This document shows positions 54,714-64,000 of a stretch of DNA of 64,000 bases, one piece after another. Origin of the DNA: Octopus vulgaris (Eukaryota). Numbering within the stretch: position 1 is the stretch's first letter; every line of letters begins with the position of its first letter. The position numbers and the translations under genes were made by a program. The notes under the pieces were generated by a model that saw nothing but the letters and a program-made list of their open reading frames with translations, searched no databases and had not been told where the DNA came from. The stretch lies in contig OX597821.1 in assembly GCA_951406725.2 (NCBI GenBank), positions 69,192,001 to 69,256,000 of the forward strand, written 5' to 3'.

Positions 54714-55060
54714 CCATGGCTGTGTGGTTGAGAAGCTGTCTTCCTGGCCATCTGATCTTCGGTTCTCCTTCTGAGTAGCACTTTGAACAAGTGATTTCTA
54801 CTATAGCCCTGGGCCGACCAAAGCCTTGCCAGTGATTTGGTAGACAGAAACAGAAAGAAGCCCATCCCCTATATATCTGTATGTAATGTTTTGTGTGTGT
54901 GTGTGTACGTACCCCTGTCTTGATATCATGTGATGTTTGTAAGCGAAAATAGGTGAGGGCTGACAACAAGAAGGGCAGCTGGCCATAGAAAATCTGCCTC
55001 AACGAATTTTGTTTAGCCCATGGAAAAGTGGATACTAAATGATGATGATGATGATGATGA
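54714..55060 (+). mobile_element. SINE family B with internal deletion
   Basis: Head and core as family A; tail ends in (GAT)n. Confidence 0.8.
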
Positions 55061-56256
55061 GCTATTAAGTTCTGGTGTGAAACCCACTTTGTGACACCTT
55101 TGGCAAATGTCTTCTATTCTAGCCTCAGATTGATTAATGTCTTGCGAGCCACATTAGGTTGACAAACTGTGAAGAAGCCTGCTGTATGCATGTGAGTGCG
55201 TACCAGTCTGAACATAAGGCTGGAGTTGAAATTATTAAAAAAAAAACAAAACAAAAACAAAAAGCATCAGTATAGTTGTAGTTAGATGACTAGAACCAGC
55301 AACCGAAGAAAAGAACACTTTATAATGATGTATTTATGTGCAATGTTCTAGGTTAGACCCACAAACACCTGCCTCACATACCTAGTAGCAAAGTTGTTAA
55401 AGAGAGAGAGAGAGAGAGAGAGAGGACGGAAAGAGAAATGGTTTTGTGGTGGGTGTTTGACTTGCAAGTTGGTACTTTACAATGCCAAAACCAAATTTTC
55501 TTCATATATGCACACACGTGTGCCCCTCCGCACATAAACCTCTCCCACCTCCAATCTAAGCAATGTGGAAATCTACCATTACTGAAACTGCATCACTAAA
55601 ACGCTGCAAACTCTCTCTCTCTAAAACAATTTATAATAGTGTTTATATTATTATACTTACGCAAATAAAATTTGCAGATATCGATAATACATCATCTCCA
55701 ACTAAAATGAGGTTAACATTGCTAGAAAGCAATCAGCGATGTATTTATGGGAATCAACAGATAAAACACACTTAAATCAACAGATAATACATACTTGTCA
55801 ATAGTAAAATAAACATTCAAAACAACTTCTTTTTATTATTGTCGTACTATGTAACAAACTGAGATATTATCTCATCAGTGCTGCTTGTTTTATAGACATT
55901 TACTGCTTACATTAGAAATCTAGTTCACCTTGAGGAGAAATTTGTGACTTGAAACTTTAAAAGTATATGTTGACATAGCCCTCACTAGGTTCTGCATAGC
56001 ACATTGGGCAAGTGTCTTCTACTGTAGTTTTGGTTTACCCAATTACTTGTTAATCAATTTGGGTGGCTGGAAATTTTGTGAGAAGTGTAAAATAATGCTT
56101 CACTTTATGTTGAAGGTTAAGCAATTTGATAAATTACTGGTAAGACAACAGCATTTCATTTTGTAACCACAATATAGTACTAAGTATATTATAAGTTTAT
56201 CAGTCATACTGTCTTACTGTGTATTAACAATTCTATTATTCCATTTTTAGGGTTAT

Positions 56257-56476
56257 CTCTCTTTTACTTGTTTCAGTCATTTGACTGAGGCCATGCTGGA
56301 GTACCGCCTTTAGTTGATCAAATTGATCCTAAGACTTATTCTTTGTAAGCCTAGTACTTATTCTATTGGTCTTTTGCCAAATTGCTAAGTTACGGGGACA
56401 TAAACACACCAGCATCAGTTGTCAAGCGATGTTGGGGGGAGAAACACAGACACACAAACATATACACATACATACA

Positions 56477-56510
<34 letters not shown>

Positions 56511-56670
56511 CTACGAGCTTCTTTCAGTTTCCGTCTACCACTCACAAGGCTTTGGTCGGCCCAAGGCTATAGTAGAAGACATTTGCTCAAGGTGCCATGC
56601 AGTGGCACTGAACCCAGAACCATGTGATTGGTAAGCAACCTACTTACCACACAGCCACTCCTACGCCTAT
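56257..56670 (-). mobile_element. tRNA-derived SINE family A, full length
   Basis: Collinear with the other copies; internal (CATA)n. Confidence 0.9.
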
Positions 56671-56739
56671 TAGATTTTCTAATCTAATTCAGAGACAAGT
56701 GTCATAACTTAAATAAGTAAAAATCATTGGTTACATTGA

Positions 56740-57038
56740 TGTGGGTTCTAGTTGATCCAATCAACAGAACATCTTGCTCGTGAAATTAGTGTGCAAGTGG
56801 CTGAGTACTCCTCAAACATGTGTACCCTTAATATACTTTTCTGGGAGATCCATTGACATGCAAAAATGTGACAAGGCTGGCCCTTTGAAATGCATGTTCT
56901 ACTCATTTTTGCCAGCTAAGTGGACTGGAGCAATATGAAATAAAGTGCCCTGCTTAAGGACACAACACTGCCAGGAATCAAACTCATGACCTTATAATCC
57001 TGAGCCAAATACCCTAACCACTAAGCCACACACCTTCA
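56740..57038 (-). mobile_element. SINE family D
   Basis: Collinear with 3660-3955. Confidence 0.85.
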
Positions 57039-57169
57039 CTGAACATAACCTTAAAAAATTATTATACTTAAACCATTTGCTCCTTATGGAGCAGAAGTCA
57101 TCAGTGACTTTTCTCCACTGTTTTTAACTCTGGTCTGTCTTTTGTTCTTATAGGTCTTGTTGGCTTTGA

Positions 57170-57390
57170 ATTGTCATTGATGCTTCTGTAACTTAGCTTT
57201 TCCCAGGCAGGGTTGTTGGCTCTACGCAAACCCATTTTTATGTTGGGGAAGAGGTCCATATTAGTCTGGCCTGTATCCTTTGTCCTTTCCAGCATGGAAG
57301 GTCTTACCAAGAGCTTGTGCTTGACTAGCATAGTTCAAGATCACTGAGGCATACAAGCCACTGCAACAAGACTGGATCTTGTGGTGGCAT
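57170..57390 (-). mobile_element. Possible RTE-like LINE 5'-UTR relic
   Basis: Minus-strand GGCTTGTATGCCTCAGTGA..CTATGC and AACAACCCTGCC resemble RTE 5' UTRs as I recall them; no ORF. Confidence 0.35.
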
Positions 57391-57721
57391 TCAATAAATA
57401 GAGGCTGATAAAGTAAGTGTGAAGCTGAAATGAATACTGAGATCGATAAGTAGTCTATTAGAATTCCTTTGAAGGCATTGCTCTAACATGGCTGCCATCC
57501 AATGACTGAAACCATTTAAAGAATAATGGTAAGTGCATGAACTTGAAAATTTTCAATATAAATATATATAATATATATATATATAAAAGAGATAATGGTG
57601 TCATTGAGACCCAAAGGTGTCAGGTAATGCTGAATAAGTGATATAGACAGACCATAGTTAAGTTCCAGATTCGGTAATATTGTGAATACAGGGTTCAATG
57701 TTGGTTCAATGTCAGCGCGTG

Positions 57722-58057
57722 TATATATGAATTTTTTGCGTAATAAGATAAAAAACCAAGGCTGTATAGATATTAGAGCATTTATAGATAGAAGGTCGTA
57801 CAGCTGTTTCTAGGATATTAATTAATAATATCCCTTCATCGGAGACGGTACACCTATTTTCTTTTCTCCACCTCACTCTCTATTTGTATCACATCGAAAC
57901 TAACTATGACTTAATTTTTCCTCTCACACTGTCTTCGATGAAGGGATATTATTAATTAATATCCTAGAAGCAGCTGTAAGACCTTCTATCTGTAAATGCT
58001 CTGTTATCTATACAGCCTTGGTTTTTTTATCTCATTACGCAAAAAATTCATATATAT
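57722..58057. mobile_element. Long inverted repeat (arms about 128 bp, spacer 78 bp); each arm holds a degenerate hammerhead; Penelope inverted-pLTR-like
   Basis: 57722-57849 is the near-perfect reverse complement of 57928-58057. The arm consensus is GTCT-CCGATGA-A-GGGATATTA..TAATATCCT-A-GAAAC-AGCT-GTA-AGAC. Flanked by (TA)n. Confidence 0.8.
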
Positions 58058-58913
58058 ATATATCTCTAGAACATAAAAGTTTGGTGAAGTTTTATTTTAT
58101 GTACTTGCCACTATGTTGTTCTCTCTAGCGGCAGTATTTAGATAAAGACATTACCTGAACACTACTATCAGTAGTGAAGTATCTGATAATAAAATTTATT
58201 TACTTGAAATAAAAGTGCACTTTGCTACTCTGGTATTGAGTACTCTTCTTTCTATAAGCCATGCACTGCTATTGCTGTTGCTCTCTGTTTTCACAGAACA
58301 CACACGTGTGCATGTACACATACACACACATGTGCGTGCGCACACACACATACAATCACATGCTCTGGGACATAAACATGAAGAGAAAATGGAGAAAACC
58401 CGATGAGGACTAGTAGGCAAGCTATCTAAACTGAATTGCACTTCAGTGTGTGAGTTGTTCAATGAACTGCTTTGCTATGTTGTCCTCTTTTTCCAATACA
58501 GAGATTACCATTACAAGTACAAGTTAGACTGTCCTGATACTAACCTGCAGTTCTGATTGTTAATAGAACTTAGTAATATTATTAGTATAAGACATTGTGA
58601 AGATGGTATTATAGAGAGCCAGCACTTTTATGTCACTGAATTTACTTATTTTTTTCATCCATTAAGTGATCAAAAATTAACGATAATCTACTAGAGACTG
58701 ATTCAATTAACTTTCCTTCATTTCCATTGCTATCACCACTGTCTTCTTTGTTACTACTTTGTGTTGAGGATAGAAACTATTCCTGCTGTATTATAGCAAC
58801 AATTTAACTGAAACAAGTATCACTTGGCATTGTACTGAGAATTGATCCAATCAACTTTACTCCTTCTCCATAATTTGTGGCCTTGTACAACTAATTCATC
58901 ATCATCATCATCA

Positions 58914-59418
58914 TTATTGAGTGAGAGAGCAGTGCTTGCCATCAAAGTGACACTGGGGTAAAATATACAAAGCCCAGTATACCCATCATGACTACCTGTC
59001 TGATAAGGGTACACCAGGCACATGCATCACAACCATATGTGCACGACATATTGATCTCATAATAGAGAAACAGAATATGACCTTGCAGGTGGGGCCCGGT
59101 TAGAATTTTCCTCAGGTTGAGTAGCCCATCTCACTCAAAAGGTCTCTGAATAACGGTTGTTTAAGGATGTTGAACAAAAGACCCATGCTTCAAAACTCTA
59201 AAGAATTCCTCTCAACATGTGGCTATGATGCTCCTCCACTACTGCTCATGATCACAGATGCACAACTGGTTATGGCCAAACAACTAACAAGCAAATCTGT
59301 GGTATTGAGCAGAATATTTATTGTAGTCCATCTCTTATACCAAGACAAAATAATGTACATGATAACACTTCCACTAAGTGAGCCACGAGAGCCACTGCCT
59401 GGTACTGCATCAGGGCAT
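58914..59418 (-). mobile_element. Family F element, inverted copy
   Basis: TTATTGAGTGAGAGAGCAGTGC...GGTACTGCATCAGGGCAT is the reverse complement of the ends of 42226-42790. Confidence 0.85.
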
Positions 59419-59424
59419 TCATCG

Positions 59425-59497
<73 letters not shown>

Positions 59498-61036
59498 AGG
59501 CTTGTAGAATTTGTAGAATCAGGGAATCATCAAACAAAATCTTCTACAACTTGCAGTAGTTTCCTCCAAAATTGTGTGACCATTGTCATTTCCAAAGCTG
59601 TTTTAAGGGATCATAACTTTAAACATGGGAGATTCTGAATTTAGTATTAGGGATAAAATAGACATTCTGCTTTTTTTTGTTTGTCCTTAACCATAAAAAA
59701 AAAAATATCTGTGTATTCATTATTCTATGTTGTCATTAGCTGGAAGACTGAACTTTAGATATCTTGCATAAATAATTGTGAAACTAAGAATACTTATAAC
59801 TAGTTGGACAGCCACTGCATTTTAATATCAATCCCCACTTCCAGCACTGAAGCAGAAGTGGTACATACTTCTCAGCTGTGAAGACTAAGACAACCATGGA
59901 CTTTGCTGGGGAGACATCACATAATGTTGTTGGCAAAGTTTCAATTCATTAATCCTCAAACTAATTAACCTAAATAGACGAATTATTTCTTTTAGTTTCT
60001 TGTCTTCTTATGTCCAAAAATAGACAGCAGCCTTCATACAATATGATCTACTGCTATACAGTTTCTATAGCGACATGTATTAGCTGCAGACCAGTGAGTA
60101 CTTCAGCTCTGATCAACTACTGACTCTTTATAAAGCTCACGAGGAACTTGAATATTGCTCCTACATTTTGGATGGTGCTCTCAAGCATTTTTTATCTAAG
60201 GACCTCTTTGATTCCTATTTAGCTTGGGTGGACCCTCTGTCATCATTCCATGTTTAAAGAATCTTATTTATGTGTTTAGAATGAGATCATCACCATCACC
60301 GTTTAATGCTTGTTGTCCGTGCTGGCATGGATTGGATGGTGTGACTAGAGCTGGCAAGCTGGGAGTGTATGTGTGTGAGTGTGGGGGGTGGTGGTGCTGC
60401 ACCAGACTCCAGTCTGATTTGGCATGGTTTCTATTGTTGGGTGCCCCTCCTAACACCAACAACTTCACAGAATATGCAGGGTGCTTTTATGTGGCACCAC
60501 ACAGACGCTTTTACGTAGTGCCGTATGGGTGCTTTTACATGATGTTGCATGGGAGATATTATTAGGAATTGTATAAAAAAAAAGTTTTAATATTTGGTGT
60601 ACTGTAGAAGTATAAGTAATTTATTACACATAAATTTTAACAACAAAATCTTATATGGACCCCTAAGGTCATGTGAACCCTGTTTGAGGACCACTGCCCT
60701 TCACAAACAACATCCCAGACCCATCATATAAAGGGCTAATCTGAATGCCTGACAAATAACCACTCTTTAAAACATTACACCCCCTAGCTCACAGACTCAT
60801 TATCTCCTTATTTTTCTTCTACTTTTGTGACTACAATAGTCTCAAGTCCTTGGAGTCCGCTAATTACATATCATCTCCACCCTGGCCCACCCCACAAACT
60901 AAACTCGCCTCCTTTTGACACTCAGACAATATCTCACCCTACACCCACTACTATTTCCAATCATTTCATCCCAGAAATTCTCTGGAATTTCCTCCTGCTC
61001 ATGTTTCACCTGCAAGCTTTAAGAGTAATGTTCAAC

Positions 61037-61689
61037 AGGCACAGGTATGGCAGTGTTGTAAGAAGTTTACTTCCTAACCTCATGGTTCCCGGTTCTGTCC
61101 CACTATGTGGCACCTATACACTTCCACTATAGTCTCGGGCCGACCAAAGCCTGGTGAGTGGACTTGGTTGAAGAAACTGAGAGAAGCCTGTTGTATGTAT
61201 GTGTGTGTGTGTGTTTGTCCCCCACCACATCTTGACAGCTGATGTTGGTGTGTTTACATCCCTGTACCATAGCAGTTTGGCAAAATAGACGGATAGAATA
61301 AGTACCAGTATTTAAAAAGAAAAAAAAGTACTGGGGTTGATTCATTCAACTAAAATTCTTCAAGATAGTGCCCCAGCATGGCCACACTCTAATGACTGAA
61401 CCAAGTGAAAGATGAAAGATTACAGTTTGAACATCTGTATCAATTTCTTTTGTGAACCTTACGAGTACTGCTTCTTTTGTTTGGCTGAATCATAATAAAG
61501 CAATATAGCAGGAAAAAAAATAATAATAAATGGTATATCTGTATGGTTAAGATACTCACTTTGCAACCATGTGGTTTTGGGTTCAGTCCCACTGAGTGGT
61601 ACCTTGGGCAAGTGTCTTCTGCTACAGCCCTGAGTTGATTTATGCCTTGTGAGTGGATTTGGTAGGCAGAAACTGTGTAGAAGTCCATT

Positions 61690-61739
<50 letters not shown>

Positions 61740-62030
61740 GCACATGTGCATTATGTATTTATGTTTGTTACACCACCACTTGACATCAGGTGTTTGTTTG
61801 TTTACATCCCCATACCCTCATGGTTTGGTGAAAAAGTCCAGTAGAATTTAAAACTTGAAATTCTATTTAGAAATACTTGATAAATGAATATGGGGGTATG
61901 GTGTAGGGGTGCCAAACTTCAAAAATAAATATGTGGGTGGTGGTGTAGGGGTGTCAAGTTGTTCAACTAAAGCTTTCAAGGCAGTGTCCCCAGCATAGCT
62001 GCAATTCAATGACTGAAACAAGACAAAAAG
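61037..62030 (+). mobile_element. Two older family A SINE copies (about 61037-61420 and 61540-62030)
   Basis: Same head, core, internal TG/TA tract and CCCCAGCATGGC..AATGACTGAA tail. Confidence 0.8.
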
Positions 62031-62477
62031 TAAATGTTGTTTCACTGACCCTTGCTCTAAAATTCTAGAAGACCTTCAACATACTGGCCAAATGTAGGCA
62101 AAAGTTACTCAGTACATTTTCACCATACTCACGAACAAAGTAGATAATAAAGACAATGCAACACATCTATATTGCTGCACTGCAGTTCATACAAACTACT
62201 GCATGTGAGATATCTACAGTACTGGGTATGTGGGTCACATCTATACATTTAACAAGCTACTTGTGTACCATAAATCTGCTTGAATTGGTTTGTTAGGGAA
62301 TTGGGAGATGCACAGTAATTACATTAGCCTAACAGAAAAATTACCAGTGGATGAGGAGCCTTTAGCCTGGTTGTTCGATCTGCTAGAAATAAAAATCAAA
62401 TATCTCTCCAGTTTCATCCTGCCTTCTTAAAATCCAGAAGTGATAATTTGAATAATATGATTCCTAGGCATACTGTA

Positions 62478-63066
62478 TCATCATCATCATCATCATCGTT
62501 TAACGTCCGTTTTCCGCGCTAGTACGGGTTGGACAGTTCGACCGGACTCTGGGAAGCCAGGGGCTGCACCAGGCTCCAGTCTGATCTGGCAGAGTTTCTA
62601 CAGCTGGATGCCCTTCCTAACGCCAACCACTCCGCGAGTGTAGTGGGTGCTTTTTACGTGCCACCTGCACAGGTGCCATGGGGGTCCGGCATCGGCCACG
62701 ATCGGTTGGAGCTTTTAACGTGCCGCCGGCACAGAAGCCAGTCGGGGCGGCGCTGGCAATGGCCACGTTCGGATGGTGCTTTTTATGTGCCACTGGCACA
62801 GAAGCCAGTCGGAGCGGCGCTGGCATCGGCCACGTTCGGATGGTGCTTTTTATGTGCCACTGGCACAGGAGCCAGTCGGGGCGGCGCTGGCATCGGCCAC
62901 GTTCGGATGGTGCTTTTTATGTGCCACCGGCACGGAAGCCAGTTGGGGCGGCGCTGGCATCGGCCACATTCGGATGGTGCTTTTTATGTGCCACCGGCAC
63001 GTTCGGATGGTGCTTTTTATGTGCCACCGGCAGGTTCGGATGGTGCTTTTTATGTGCCACTGGCAC
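62478..63066 (-). mobile_element. Young family C retroposon with internal GC-rich minisatellite
   Basis: (GAT)n tail. Body shared with 2800-3115 (+), 20400-20578 (+), 46780-46884 (+), 53455-53580 (-) and 60286-60545 (-). Nested within a family I repeat. Confidence 0.85.
62729..63066. repeat. Minisatellite: four 67-bp units plus two 33-bp half units
   Basis: Unit starts at 62729, 62796, 62863, 62930, then 62997, 63030, 63063. Confidence 0.95.
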
Positions 63067-64000
63067 ACTGAGAAAAAAATAAGTAAAAGATGGTATACTT
63101 TTATGATAGGTCTCTTTGGGGTTAAATAACAGAAATGATCTTCACCACCTTCATCACCATTATTATCACCACTGTTTTCATTATCACCCCCTCCCATCGC
63201 AATCATTAGCACTACCACCACTGCCATTACCCTCATCATCTCTCATTTTTTACATAGATTTGTCTCTGAATAGAAAATGCGAAAAACATATCTCCTGCCT
63301 AGATATTCTCTTATAATATTGCATTACATGGATAAAGTACCGGCCTTCCTTTTGCATAAACATGAGTGTCTACATATGCATGAATACATTCAAAATACCC
63401 AGAAAACTTTTAGGTTTCTTCATGTGTATAGTGAAACCTTAGTATAATTTCAAACCTTCCATAGCTGTATTACTAACACACTGCCCTATATTTTTCAGTT
63501 TTAAAAATAATTTAGAATTTTTTTTTTTTTTTGTGGGCAAGGGATAGTAAATTTAACAACTTATTTTTTCCATTGTTTTCATTATTTACTTAGTATTTGG
63601 AACACAAGGCAGGGTTATTAAATAAAACTATAATAGGAGATTTAAATTTCAACATAAATATTTTAAAATAGGCAGATTTATATCATAGAATGAGAGAAGA
63701 ATTTATGAGGGGTTTCTATTAAAAGGGTTAAGATATCTAATAATGAATCATTCAAGTTTACATGTTTTTAGATACATTCACTAGTTGTTTGTGTTGCTGC
63801 ACATTTCAAGTTACAAGTCTTGTACTCTGATGGGTGCTCCCATACCAATTTTGAAATTGCTTTATCTTTGCTATTTCCTTCCTTTCTTACTCCAAAAAAA
63901 TTTCTTTTTGCGCTCTGTTTCTTTTAAGTTTTGACATCTGGCTTAACTTGATTCTTCCTTCAGCTGACTGTTACTGTTCACAAAGCACTTAGGGCAAACA

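Larger units (their letters stand above)
50441..64000 (+). other. Abl: Abl intron downstream of the SH3-start exon (over 13.5 kb, continues past the window)
   Basis: GTAAGT donor at 50441. I found no sequence encoding the expected next exon (GE..WCE..GWVPSNY) before the window end. Confidence 0.8.

Noticed and set aside
58285-58305. VFTEH peptide resembling the end of the Abl 1b-type first exon (also FTEHN near 57035)
   Set aside because: Downstream of the common exon, no splice signals, and adjacent to a microsatellite or SINE edge; coincidence.
59167-59559. 130-aa and 104-aa ORFs
   Set aside because: They run through the family F repeat and (TCA)n/(TTA)n tracts, with no recognisable protein similarity.
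62529-63239. ORFs of 118-180 aa and a CRISPR-like array of palindromic repeats
   Set aside because: Products of a 67-bp minisatellite. The would-be spacers are near-identical, there are no cas genes, and the DNA is eukaryotic.

Overview
AT-rich, repeat-dense animal genomic DNA. The SINE and microsatellite landscape resembles Octopus; this is recognition from memory, not a database result. None of the supplied ORFs is credible. The one solid coding feature is missing from the ORF track: a 168-bp phase-1/phase-1 exon at 50273-50440 (+) encoding the cap and start of the SH3 domain of an ABL-family tyrosine kinase, equivalent to human ABL1 exon a2. The window therefore appears to be mostly the long upstream intron(s) and the start of the next intron of Abl. 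Several tiny ATG-...-G|GT(A/G)AGT candidate alternative first exons, in frame with that exon, sit in repeat-poor islands. The introns carry several tRNA-derived SINE families, hAT- and piggyBac-type MITEs, a Helentron-type element and an RTE LINE relic. Most interesting are three unrelated short elements with minimal type-I hammerhead ribozyme folds of the Penelope/retrozyme kind. One of them is fused to a tRNA-derived Pol III head and is flanked by a 12-bp target-site duplication. Repeat boundaries are approximate unless a TSD or TIR is quoted.
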